Source: Marsupella aquatica
Taxonomy: Eukaryota; Plantae; Marchantiophyta
NCBI GenBank assembly: GCA_973895155.1
Contig: OZ316895.1
Span: forward strand, 1,376,312 to 1,440,311
Reading direction: 5' to 3'
DNA length: 64,000 nt
Each line of letters starts with the position of its first letter. The first letter of the stretch is position 1. Under the pieces are notes generated by a model. That model worked only from the letters and a program-made list of their open reading frames with translations. It was not told the DNA's origin and searched no databases. Position numbers and translations under genes: made by a program. Shown here piece by piece: positions 49,601 to 62,181 of the stretch.

Positions 49601-51344
49601 CAAGGCCGACCTAAGGGAGAAGGACGAGATGCTCGAACAGACTTACGCCAAGATGAACCAGATGGAGTCTGTCATCATTGCAGAGCTCGACAAGGAGCTA
49701 AAAGCAACCCAGGAGGAGAGGACTACCTTGAAACAAGAACGGGAGGAAGCCCAAAAGGAACTAGAGGAGGCACGCAAGGACCTGGATGAGACCCAGGAGG
49801 AGTTGGAGGAAATCACGAGAAAGATGGAGAACCTCCAGCGGCGGGCCGACAACCAAACGGAGCGGCTAAAGAAACAAGCCGCAGTATTTAGGTGCTTGTC
49901 TTCATCAGGCCCAACTCCAATTGGGGCAACCAAGTTACCAGGAGTGGTACTGGCCGAAGAAAAAGCCGCGCCAACTGCACCAGTGCCGGAGGTAAGTGGG
50001 AAGGGGAAGGGACCAGCTGCCGAACCAGAAAAGAAGAAAAAGCGGAAACCTTCAGGGTCAAGGAGTAATCCGACTCCACAAGCCGTGGTGACCAAAGAGG
50101 TAGAACCAGCACCATCCTCCAACATGAATACGGCAATAGATCCCGCTATGATCACAGGTAGGGATGGTGCGGCCCAAGCCGAACTACTCAGTAAGGAGGC
50201 CAGTATTCCAGATCCGCCTCTTGAGCAGGCCGGGGAGACCGTAGCCGAGGCTGAGGCCGTAACCGATTCTCGAGCCGATGCCGACGCCGATGGTGGACCC
50301 AGTCAGGCCGATGGAGAGTTGACTCAGTCAAGGGCAGGTAATCTGTCAGGGAATGAGCCTACGGCAGTGGCTGAGGAGGAAGCGTTGGGGGCGTCCATTA
50401 AGGATCCACCACCGGTGTCGTGACGGTGCAAGGGCGCCGTTTCTTTTAGGGAGGGCGGACGTGGAGGGAGGAGGCGTGAGTGGGCAGGGTGGGCGCGGAT
50501 CTCCACGTTTAGGATTAGGATCAGAACCAGGAGCGGCCCTGACACTTAGCTTGGTGGGATTGCGGTCCCACTGGTAGGAGCAACACTTGTGCTCCTGCCT
50601 TGCTGTACATAGGTAGATTCGGGCAAGTAGATTACTGTTAAGTAGATTAGGCTTACGATGCAAAGAATGGCGGATCCACTACCAGGATAAGTACCTGGGC
50701 AGCGGGGAGCTCAGGGCCTCTTCTTTAGCAAGTTTTTAGTTTGCACCAGCCGGGCTGGGATCAAGTAGTACGAGAAGCTCTCGGTTAGTCATACAGTGAC
50801 CCTTGTGTATATTCATGTTTCCTCATGCCTAAGAGCTGAATAGAGTTGGCCTCACGGCTTAGTTCGCAGAACTTGTGTATGAGATGTATTGTTTGTATGG
50901 CAAGTGCATGGTATGACTCAGTCAGAATGAGTCATTTTGCTATTTGTGTGTCGCATTAACTTGTGTGAAGAGTGCCCACATCAACAGAAGGAAGGAAAGT
51001 AAGCAGGGGAGTGAGAGTTGGATGTGTCGAGCTGAGAGAGGTCTTAGCGGCTTAACCAAGCCTATTGGGGATCATTCCGGCGGCGGAATCCAAACATACC
51101 TAACAAGACGGAGGGGAAGACAGGGGAAGACAGGGGAAGGCCTATATTAGGCCGGCTACGTATCTCATGACCCGATGAAGGATCTGTCCAGTATATGTGT
51201 GTAAAATGTTAATAGTAGTAGTAGAAGGTTAGCAGCGTCCCATGCCGCTAAGCCGCGGAAACGGCCTCGCCAAGCACGAAACCTGCGGGAATCGGCTTGA
51301 GCTGGGGGGTTTCTTGGGTTTAGGGAGCCATGGGACGCACCACA
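46673..51344 (+). repeat. Gypsy 5' LTR (4672 bp)
   Basis: TGTGATGC...GCACCACA, followed by the PBS. Confidence 0.95.
46788..50423 (+). pseudogene. LTR-encoded protein, copy 2 (no nonsense codons seen; three +1 homopolymer insertions)
   Basis: ORFs 47048-48268 and 48135-50423 join if one A is removed near 48110. Extra T near 46843 and extra G near 46998 relative to the 3' LTR copy. Confidence 0.85.
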
Positions 51345-51348
51345 TTTT

Positions 51349-51366
51349 TGGCGCTAGATGGAGGGG
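51349..51366 (+). promoter_or_regulatory. Gypsy primer binding site, probably tRNA-Asn
   Basis: TGGCGCTAGATGGAGGGG, 4 nt after the LTR. From recall, it resembles the complement of the plant tRNA-Asn(GUU) 3' end with one mismatch. Confidence 0.7.
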
Positions 51367-53955
51367 GCATTTCTTAAGCCGTGAGATATGAAGTTAGAAC
51401 GGAAGCGTAGGTAATGACTGACCTTACGCCGAGGGAAGAAAGAGTGATTCAACGGGAGAGAGCTCGACTGCAGCAGCTCGCCGGGTGGCATGATACACAG
51501 CGACTGAGAGGGGCAGAAAGAGCTGGTAGCTCCGAAACTGGAAGTGGCGTCGAAGAAGACATACCAGAAGAAGAGTCGGTAAGGAGAAGTGAGTCTCCAA
51601 CCGACATGGGGGAACCAGAGGCACGGCCAGACGAGAGGCCAGGGACCAGATTGAGCCAGCGGTCGCGCATACATTACAAGGCATTTCATGGGAGAGGAGA
51701 TGAGGATCCGGACGAATGGTTGGATGATTTCGAGGGAACCGCTGCAGCAAATGGAGAATCGGCCATCAAGATGCAGATTCTTCCCGGCCTATTCAAGGGT
51801 GAGGCTAGGCCTTGGTACAGAGCATTAGATGTGGAAGATCAAGCCATCTGGGATATCTTCAAAACACTCTTTGTTAAGGAGTTTCGACCCATTGGAACTT
51901 CAGAACTAGCAGTGCTGAAGTTGGGACAACTTCGGTTCAAGGAGAACAAATCCTTCAGGAAGTTCTTGCAACGCTTTCAGAAACTGGTAAGACGTACAAA
52001 GACCAATGCATCTGAAGGTATGCAACTTCAATGGTTGGTGAATGCTTTGCCACAGAAGATGAGTTTTGCAATTAGGAAGGAGAACCCGGAGACTTTAGCC
52101 GAAGCAATTAAGGATATTCAATTATACATTAATGCAGATATCACAAGCTGGAAGAAACAGCTTAAGTCTGAGAGTTCCTCATCAGAGGAGGGATCACCCC
52201 ATAAGAAAAAAGATAAGAAGAAGAAACATCCCAAGAAGTCTAGAAGTGATAAGTCAAGCTCGGATAGTGGGAGTAGCAAGAGTGAGTCATCTTCTAGTTC
52301 TGAAGAAGAAAAAACTAGGAAAAGGAAGGGCAGAAGGAGAGGGAAGACGAAAGTCAAGATGGAGGCTAAGCCACCAGATAACATCGTAGCCCTTACCGAG
52401 CAACTTAAGGCTATCATTGCAGAGGTAAAACCAAAGAAGAAGGTAGTACAGGAGGATAGCTCTGTATGGTGTGCCTTATGTTATAAAACCGGACACCATA
52501 AAGATACGTGTCCTAAGCTTAATACTAATCATGTTTGGCATGTGGCCGAGATCAGACCATGTCAGGGAGAAGTAGAGTACTTTTTAGGAGATGCCGCTGA
52601 TAGTGTTTTCGGCATCAGTGAGACTGGAGCACGAGACCTATCCAACAGACCTGCATCTCTGTGGTCAGGGTTAAGGAACAATCCAGGAGAGATGTATCCT
52701 CGGATTATTCAGAACCCGTCAGTACCTCCTAGGCCGAACGTGCAAAGATTTGCGGCGTGCTATAATTGTGGTCAACCTGGCCATTTTGCTAGAGAATGCC
52801 CGAATGCACGCAAACAGGGTGATGGACAACCAGCTCAGCTATGTATGGGATGCCGACAGGAAGGTCATATGCTAGGGCAATGTCCTACTTGGTTGGCAGG
52901 CCTGGCCGCAAATCATAAGCTTTTGCCGATCAAGATCTTACCGCCAGGTACTACCCCCGGAGGAGTTCAAATCAACCACATCGAACTAGGATGGCAAGAG
53001 GATGCCGAGGCAGAGTTCGTACCATCTGCTGATGAGGCCAAAGCCCTATCAACCTTCTCAGAGGAGGATTTAGATCATGATTGCTACCGGGTCTCTACTC
53101 GATCTACCAGAAGGAAGGAAAGGTGGGATGGGCTGGCCAAAAATAAAGGGAAGGTTACGGAGGAAAGGATCGACTCTTTGTCAACATCAACAGAAGGAGA
53201 AGGGAGGGCTCCGGCAATACAGGTAAGCCATGAGCCCACCAGTGAAACCAATCCTTCACAAGATAGCGACTTCAATCGAGATCATCCTAAGTTGTTCTAC
53301 CCCTCTGTTACGGCTAGTGTTAAGGAACAACTAAGAGAATTAGAAACCCTGGAGAATACCGAAGCCATTGCCAAGGATGTAAAACGAGCAAAAGCATTGT
53401 TTGCTTCGGAAGACCCAACAGCTGTGGAGACTAGCGTGGCAAAACTGGCCGAATCCAAGACGGAAACACCACCAGAAGAGAAGCCGATTGTTCCCTATGA
53501 CCTGGCTAAAGATGTACTGGAATCTAGAGTCTCGGCAACAGTAGGTCAACTATTGAAAAATAGCCCGTATTTCCGGAAGCAATTAAGGAAGGCTATTCTC
53601 GGCAAGCCGAGATTACCCAAGGTAGCAACCAGATCCGACGTACTAATGATAGAAGAAGATCAAGGAGCTCCAGCATTACCATTAATGATTCAAGGAGAAT
53701 TATTACTACAGGTACCCATCGATGGAGGATCAGGGGTATGTATTATGATTGATTCAACAGCAAAAGGGTGGGGTCTAACACCGGAGATGACTGGAAGAGT
53801 GTTGAACATGGCCAATGGATATCAGGTCATTCCTACGGGAGTGTTAACCGGCATCAAGACAGAGATAGGAGGTATCTTCTTTAGCATTAACTATGTAGTA
53901 ATGAAGCCGGTAAATCCTACGTCATTCCGGCTATTGATTGGTAGGCCATGGCTGT

Positions 53956-55800
53956 TGTAAGTAGTGGGTAATTCCAAAAGCATGAAGAAACTGAAAATTT
54001 TTAAATTTTTTACGGTGTTTAGACTGCAATTATTGCTAACTGTAACTAAAACAGCATTCAAAGTTACTAAGTTCCTAAGTTACGAGTAAACTCAGTTTAC
54101 GAGTTTACTAGTTCACTGCTTTACGAGTTACACCTTAAGATTTGGCGACTCTGTGATCGTGACATCTTACAACTAGTTCAACGGGACTCCACAACGGATG
54201 AAGAGCTCACCTTGAAAGGGAAGGAATGCAAGACATAGGCGCTCATTACTGACTTCTCTTCCACCTTACCTCTCAAACTCTGCCCAGCTTCAACCGGTAT
54301 TTCAGAGATGTCAAATGGAGACTTCGACCCTTCTATTCCAGGATGCTGAATAGTGATGAGTTCCTGTTTCATTATTCTCAAGTGTATGCTGCTACCTGCA
54401 ACAACTATGATGTGATCGGGATATACAGAGAAGCTCTTCGTATAGATTCCTGTTATTTGATGAAGCGAATGCCTTTGATGTATCCTGAGAGACAACTAAG
54501 GTGCCTACCCTACTCTCGAGGATCACCACGTCAGACTGAGCTGATGGAGGTAACACAGAATTGGACTGTCACCTACGTGGAGCTGCTCGAACCCGATGAT
54601 ATTCGACAACAAGCTTGAAGGAGACTATATTTTTAGCTAGTATTGAAAAGTATAGTACTTTTACCAATTTTTCTAAATGTGTTGTAGAGCTTTAAAAGCT
54701 ATGAGACTTCTTTAGGCTGTAGTCTGTACCTAGGAAACCCTACTGGAAAAATTTCAGAGTTTTCCGAACCAGGAGTAGAAAGTTAAAAATAGTTGAATCT
54801 ACTCAATTTTTAGTATACTGAAATTAAGAGTTTAAGAGTTTAAGTTTTTACGTTTTTAAGAGTTTAAGTTTTTAAGAGTTTAAGAGTTCATACTTAGCCA
54901 TTTTTTCCGGCTTTCCACTTATTGAATCGTCGTTTTGACTTTTTGAGGGTTATGAAGAGGCATGTCTCTTCGACCCTGTGACCTCTTATTCTGTAGTTCA
55001 TCACTATTTATACCTCTTCCCCTAGTGTAGAGAGATGGTTAAGTTTTGCAGTTTTGCCTCTCCCTTGTGTTAAACTAGTTGATCATGAATCTATGAGTTC
55101 GAGATCAGGTTTAACATTTGGAGAGACTTACCTCCTTCTTGTATTTTGGAACCCAAATACTTGAAGTAAAACCTCAGTTATGAATCTCGTGAATTATAAT
55201 GTCAGATTCCGCTTTGGTGACACATTGTAATCTCACAAGTTCTTAGAGTTAACTCATTGAGTTTAAGTTGCATTGGAAATGATGTTTTCACCTTCATGTT
55301 GCTTAGTACCATTTAAATGCTGAAGTATTTATCCTTTTAGATCTTGACTAAGTATCACTTAGGAAGAAAGGTCAAGACATGTTGCCGGCATTTTAAAAGG
55401 ATACTCTAGTATGCAGTTTAGATCTGAAAAGCCGTGTGGATTTGGATTCCCTTTAAAGTCATTCCATTATTACTTATGTCTAAGGAGTAACCTTGGTCTA
55501 TTCCAGACTCCCTTAAGCATACTCTGAGAGATTTTTCCTTGTGTTTTGTTAATTGCAATCTTTTGCTTAATTGAAGGTTATCTGATGTTGAGTTATCATC
55601 AAAAACTACTCACCGCTATGGAGCGATCTTCAAAGTACCTGATTAAAGTAGTCAAGATTGATTACTATGTGTGACACAAGAGCTTAAAGCTTTGTTTTTA
55701 GTTTATTACATCAAACCAACCCCATCTTGTTCTTAAAGGGAACGAATACCGAGTTTGGAGACTTTAAAATGTGATTTTTGGTTCTCTATGGCAAACTACA
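53956..55800. mobile_element. 1845-bp solo-LTR-like insertion of another family
   Basis: TGTA...TACA termini, perfect TSD GCTGT, AT-rich, internal AAGAGTTT repeats near 54830-54890. Confidence 0.85.
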
Positions 55801-56163
55801 GCTGTACCTAGCCGAGGTAATAGAAGATTGGGGTAAAAAGCAGTTCACTTTCGGGACCCCCTCTATCACGGTATCCTGGGACACTAAGGATGACCGTAGG
55901 AAAAGCATAAGGGAAGTAGATGGGTACGACAGTGGACTGGAGTCAGCCGATGAAGTACGTTGGTTAGAATGCCTCACTAACCTAACCGAAGAAGGTGTCT
56001 TTGGACCAGAGGTAGCCCCCAGCGGATTATGGCAAGAACCAATGGAAGGTGACTTGGAAGAAGAAGACGAAGAGGTCGAGGACTGCTTTACAATAGAATC
56101 CACCTTTTTAGCTGCAATTCCGGAGGAAGTAAAGGATGTAGACCAATTGGATGAAACGGCTAA

Positions 56164-59100
56164 GTGGGGAGCAGTAGCAGGGACAGTGGATTTTCTGCAG
56201 GCGTTGTGGCAGAGCCGACGGGGTCCACAACGCCATCGATCATCGGCAAGGAATTAAATACCAAGGGATCGGCATACAAGCCGATTACGAGGGCAGAACA
56301 AATTGAGGCCCTATTAGAAGCCGAGAGAGCACAGCGGCCTAACTCTCAGGAGCAAGAGGTGGATGAGATGGACAGACACGATCCAGAGCCAAGGCAGGAA
56401 GGGGAGCCGACCACTAATTCAAAACCGAATAGACCGGTAAGGGGACAATCTATGGACACCAAGGAAAGGACCGACTCGGCTAGTCCAGCCGAGATCCCAG
56501 TTTATGGAGGTATGAGATTAGAGAGACTGGAAGCCGAACTGGACCCGAATTTGAAGAAGCAGATTAATATGATCCAAGCACGGCAATATCGGAAGCTCGA
56601 CTTAGGAGAGGGAAGAGAACTGAACTTAGGGAGAAACCTAGCACCTGAGCTCGAGAAAGAGATCAGTGACTTATTGATTGAATTTTAGGATGTGTTTGCA
56701 TGGAGTCACCAAGATCTAAAGGGAGTAGATCCAACACTAGGGGAACATCGAATTGATCTCATGTTAGGAGCCAAATCATTTCGACAACCAATTCGAAGGA
56801 TGAACCCGAAGTATTCCCTGCTGGTCAAAACAGAAATCGACAAACTAGTGGAAGCTGGATTCATCACTCCAGTCCTGCATTCAGATTGGGTGTCTCCAAT
56901 TGTGATAGTTCCCAAGAAAGCTGGACCCGATGGTAAACCCAAGATCCGGGTTTGTCAGGATTACAGGAAGCTGAATGAAGCAACATTAAAAGACCATTTT
57001 CCTTTACCGTTTACTGATATGGTACTAGACATGGTAGCCAGTCATGAACTATATTCATTCATGGATGGATACTCTGGTTATAACCAAATCAGGATTCGGC
57101 AGGAAGACCAAATCAAGACGGCCTTCATCACGGAATGGGGGATCTATGTCTTCAATCGTATGCCGTTTGGACTCTGCAACGCACCAGCTATGTTCCAATG
57201 ATTAATGGTGAACATTTTTCATGATTACTTGAGAAAGTTCATGGAAATCTTCATTGATGACTTTGCAGTATTCGGGAAGGCATCGAAACATGCTAAATAC
57301 CTCAGGAAAACCTTCATGAGATGTAGAGAGGTGGGTCTCAAGTTACACCCAGATAAATGTTTTTTTGCAGTAACCGAGGGGGTGCTACTAGGTCACAAGG
57401 TATCAAGGAAGGGCATTGAGATTGACAAAGGTAAGGTAGCAGTATGGCTAGATATCATGCAACCTAAGAACATAAAGGATGTAAGATCCTTCTTGGGATG
57501 CATTGGTTACTATCGCCGGTTCATCAAGGATTTTGCCAAGCTAGCTTTACCATTAACCAATATGCTCAAGGCAGGAGCAGACTTCGAACCCACACCCGAA
57601 CGAGTCACAGCGGTGGTAGAATTGAAGCAGATGTTAGTAGAGGCCCCAGTCATGATAGCACCGGACTGGAACAAAGATTTTCATGTTTTTGTAGATGTCT
57701 CGGGCTTCTGTATTGGCTCAGTACTAAGTTAGTTGGATGAGAAAGGAAGGGACCATCCCATATACTTCGCAAGCCGACAGCTTGCCGATGCCAAACGGAA
57801 CTACTCTACCACGGAAAGAGAAGCATTAGGAGTCATTTATTCTTGTAAAAAGTTTAGGCATTATTTACTAGGGTACAAGGTAATCTTTCATACTGATCAC
57901 GAAAGTTTGAAGTACCTAGTCAATAAGCCGGACCTTACAGGCAGAGTAGCAAGATGGATTTTGCTATTACAGGAGTTTGACTATGAGCTGAGGATCAAGC
58001 CGGGAAAGTTACATGCCAATGCCGACTTCTTTTCAAGGATCACAAATAAACCTGCCACGGATTGCATCGATGATCGATTCCCCGACGAGGAGCTATTCGT
58101 TGTGGAAATAGCTGGTACATGGTACCCTGAGATTTTACAATTTCTCAGCACTTCCAGATTACAGCCAGGATTAAGCCGAGAGCAAGCCACAGTCTTTGTG
58201 CGGAAGGTCAGACAGTATCAGTGCATTAAAGGCATACTGCACAAGCATGGAATCAACGGCACGATTCAAAGATGTTTGGAAAAGAGTGAGGTAAAACGAG
58301 TCCTACGGGCCATGCATGGAGAGGAGGCCGGAGGACATTTTGCCCCAGTAACCACGTCTAAGAAGATATTAAATGCCGGTTACTGGTGGCCCACCTTGCA
58401 CAAAGATGTCTATCAGTTTATCAAACAATGCGATCCTTGTCAACGAGCGGGAGGACCAAGGGCGTCCACCAGGCATCCACTGCACCCTATTCTACCTCTA
58501 GCACCATTCGAGAAGTGGGGTATTGATTACATTGGACCTCTGAGACCACTGACCCACCCTCGACGGAACAAGTACATAATCCTGGCTACGGATTATGCAA
58601 CTAAATGGGTAGAGGCCAGACCAACAACGAAGGATGATGCAATTACTACGGCTAGATTCATGTATGAGCAGATCTTCACCAGGTATGGAGCACCCCTAGA
58701 ATTAGTTAGTGATAGAGGAACCCATTTTTTGAATGATATAATTAGTCGTTTAAATGAGCAGTATTTAGTTAAACATAGGCCTACTACTCCCTACCATCCA
58801 AAGGCAAACGGGTTGACAGAACGAGCAAACGGAATTATAGGAAAGATATTGAACAAGACAGTAGCTCAGAACAAACTCGATTGGGATGATAAATTGTTTG
58901 CTGCTGTTTTTGCTTACAATCTTGCCTATAAATCCACTACCGGTCATACACCCTTCTTCTTAACCTTTGGACAAGAAGCCCTGGTACCCATGCAACTTGA
59001 GATACCGACATTTCAAGTTACAATTGAGGAAAGAGCCTCAGCGGAGGAGAGCCTAAAGGAGCGAGAATATAGGTTAGAAGCTTTAGAGGAAGCAAGAATG

Positions 59101-59430
59101 ATTTCAGCCGAGAGAGTAGAATATAGACAGAATATCATGAAGCAGCAGTATGATAAAAGGTTAAAAGTAGTTAGTATTCATACCGGTGATCTTGTGCTAC
59201 TTTATGACAGTAGGTATAGTAGGTTTCCAGGAAAGCTTTACACTCGCTGGTTAGGACCCTTTAGAGTAACCATGATGTTCCCCAATGGCTCCGTACAATT
59301 GGCCAACATTACGGGAGAGGTATATCCAGTTCGCATCCATTATGACCGCCTCAAGAAATACTATATGGACGAAGATGAAGTTGTTCGCGAGGACGCTTCA
59401 CAATTAAGTGGGGAGCTATGTGATGCCTAG
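56164..59430 (+). pseudogene. Gypsy pol (RT, RNase H, integrase), three in-frame stops
   Basis: Motifs WVSPIVIVPKK, DYRKLN, MPFGLCNAP, FIDDF, RNYSTTERE, H..GH..C..C, SDRGTHF, GPF. Stops at 56686, 57199 and 57730. The ORF runs through the PPT and ends 12 nt inside the 3' LTR. Confidence 0.95.
56188..56247 (+). promoter_or_regulatory. Candidate programmed -1 ribosomal frameshift signal
   Basis: G_GAT_TTT in the gag-PR frame, then a 5-nt spacer. 10-bp stem 56200-56209/56225-56234; loop GCCGA pairs with TCGGC at 56243-56247. The pol frame is -1. Confidence 0.75.
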
Positions 59431-62181
59431 ACAGGAATCACTCGGCCGGTTAAGTGGGTAAAGCAGGAAGGCACCCTAGGAACACCTTAGTATAGGGACA
59501 AAACAAGGAAAATATAAACAATTAAGGGCAACCATGGAACCTGGGCCGAGGCCGGAGGTAAGGCTGAGGGTGAAAACCCGATTAGGGTTAGGGCGCGTTA
59601 AGCGTCGGCGGCTAGGAAGGATCAACGGGAAGAAGGACCGGCGGAGGAGAGGGGTAAGGAGCGCTTGCAGGAGATGGTGGCTCATTTGCGAGCACGAACT
59701 AGGCAGACGACTACGGGAGGCCAACTACTGTCAGCTGCTTAGGCAAGCACTCGGGGAGAGAGTAGATACCGACGATCGACCTAAGGAGGGTATGAGCAAC
59801 GTCAATCAAGCGGCACATTTTTGGGGATGCCTGTTCGAACGGGCAACTGAGTACATCAAGACTTACGAGGACGAGGAGTCAGAAAGGGCAGCTCGAGAAC
59901 GGCAGGAGCTCGCTCGATTGTGGGAGCTGCAGAAGACGGCTTTCTTAGGAGGCGAACTCATCAAGGACGAGTTCCTGTGGACGCCTACTTCCAATCAACT
60001 CGACGATCTTCTGTTTTGCAAAGACAGCGTCGTCGGCATCCGAGAGGCCATCAAGAACTGCAACGACATACACTGGGAATTAAAGGGTAGCACGGAAAGG
60101 TGGACCCAGGCAACGGTGCTAGGAGAAACCTCCACGGCAGCAGAGATGAAGAGGAAGGGAGCCGTCAACGATGAAGCCACCCCGGCAAAAAGAACGAGGT
60201 CGGCGGCACCAAAGAAGCCAGCCGAGCAGTAGAACAGGAGGCAGGGAGAAGCCGAAGAGGAGGAGGTCGATCCCATCAAGGCCATTCCAACCAGGGATGA
60301 CACCTGGAAGGGCTGGGCGGCAACCCTACCGGTGGAGGTGCAACTACATTTTGCACGGGAGGAGGATGCATGCTTTACGGCCATGCAGACCAAGAAGTAC
60401 CAAGGCTTCATGGCCGGATCCGGCTTGGAGGCCTTTGTAAGATTACCATGGCTGAAGCCGGAGGTACCGGAGTCAGACCTATTAGAATTCGTGGGGTCAT
60501 GGGAACCCGAGACCAATTGCACGAGGATATATGGGAAGGATTTCTATCTTACTCCCAAGGTAATTGCCGAAGTGTTTGGCTTGCCGATAGGCAATAAGAC
60601 CAAAGTTGATACCAGGAAGACCTTGCCTGACAAGGAGTTCCGGTCGTTCCCCGGGCCATCAACGAAGAATGACTTCTTCCGGAACACCTGCACCAACCCG
60701 CACATAGGAGAGATGATCGACTTCTTGCGGGTGACCATGCATTGTAACTTGCCGAGGGCAGAGATCGGCAAGGCACAGGTCTATCTGGCAGAAAGGCCAG
60801 ACCCAAGCCGGGACTACAACGGGTACCTCCTCAACCAATTGAAGAAGATCTTAAAGGAGGAGCAGCAGGTAATCGGCATGGGGAGCGTGTCGCGGCTGGG
60901 CTATCACATGCCGCTGTTGTGCCGGTATGCCAGAGGTCAGACTTTTGCCCCGGTACTTCCCCTGCAGGTAAGGGCACCCGAGGAAGCTCCAACGCCGAGG
61001 CCGTTGGCTGAGAAGCCTCAACCACCTGTTAGTCCTACAATCGAGCAGGTGTTTAGGCCCAGGAAGGAGGACTTGCCGATGCAGCAACCAGGCATGCAGA
61101 GTCTGCTGAAACTACTGGAGAAAGAAAAGAAATCGGCATCGGCAACAACAACGGCAACGGCAACAATGCAGGACACTACTACAGAGGTAGGCCTACACCG
61201 GCTCACAAGAGAAAACCCCTTTGCTGGAGACAAGGAGAGAATCAGGCCGGAATCCAAGCCAGGTGTTCGAATGTACGTGGGAACCTCAAGCTCCGAATCT
61301 GAGGCAGAATTGCCTGAAGCTCCTACCGACGAAGAGGAGAGGGAGAAGCCGGACGTCCAAGAAGTAGAGGAGGCAGTGGAGGACTGCAGCCATGATAATT
61401 CTGGCTATGGGTCGGACCATCACGTTCCAGGAGTAAGGACCTGTGGCCGGTTTGTCCCCACACTTCCAAGGGTAGTGCGAGGGGACCCCAACCAGCAGAG
61501 TAGCCCTGAGTCTCCCCCACCAGATGTTGCTCCCCCGAGCTTCGACGGCATAAAACAGACGGTGCAGGAATTTCAGGAGCGAATCAAGCAGGAGGAGGAG
61601 GCCGCCCTGGCTAAGGAAAAGGATTTACCAGGAGGAGATTGGCCGGAGGACATCAGGCGGCTAGCCAAAAAAGGAAGCAAACCTCTAGCCACGATTGAAG
61701 AGATCCGCAGGACGGCTTGGGAGCAGAGGCCGCGATGGGCGATGCCGATCACTTCTACTTACTCCACCTACGCTAAGAATAGAGCCATGGAGTATGGTGA
61801 GATGTGTGGGGAACTTGCGCTCGGCATCTTTGGAGAGGAGTTGGAGGTAGGACCCTTTTTCCATAGGGAGCAGTTGGAGAAGCACCAATTAGAAGAAGCG
61901 GTGGCTTTAGAGAGAAGCAAGAAGGACGAGGTCATTCGGCGGCTTAGGAGGATGGAAGCCGAGATTGAAGATCTAAGGGCGGCCAAGAAAGCCCAAGATG
62001 AACTGCGGATTAAACGACATGAGCTGAACATCATGCAGGGGCAGTTGGACACCGCGCAGGCTGATAATCAGAATATCAAGGATAAACTGACTCAGACGCA
62101 GGAAGAGTTGGCCGACACGATCAAAGAGAGGGAGAAGTGGAAGCAAGAGCTGAAGAATACAGAGGAGGCCCACATAACAGC
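59419..62181 (+). repeat. Gypsy 3' LTR (first 2.76 kb) with copy 3 of the LTR ORF from ATG 59534 (TAG at 60230)
   Basis: Near-identical to the sequence from 46673; preceded by PPT AAGTGGGGAG; cut at ACAGC by a nested copy. Confidence 0.93.

Larger units (their letters stand above)
51414..56257 (+). pseudogene. Gypsy gag-protease ORF, interrupted by an insertion
   Basis: Retrotrans_gag region (F.G...EDP.EWL, GEARPWY), three CCHC knuckles, protease IDGGSG...LLIGRPWL. Removing 53956-55805 restores GRPWLYLAEVIEDW. Confidence 0.92.

Noticed and set aside
48135-50423. Coiled-coil ORF as a host SMC/myosin gene or an env gene
   Set aside because: It lies wholly within LTRs in four copies; no ATPase motifs, signal peptide or transmembrane segment seen.
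54343-54618. ORF and PBS-like TGGCGACTC (near 54141) in the 1845-bp insertion
   Set aside because: Short ORF with no motif; the PBS-like sequence does not follow an LTR end and there are no internal direct repeats.
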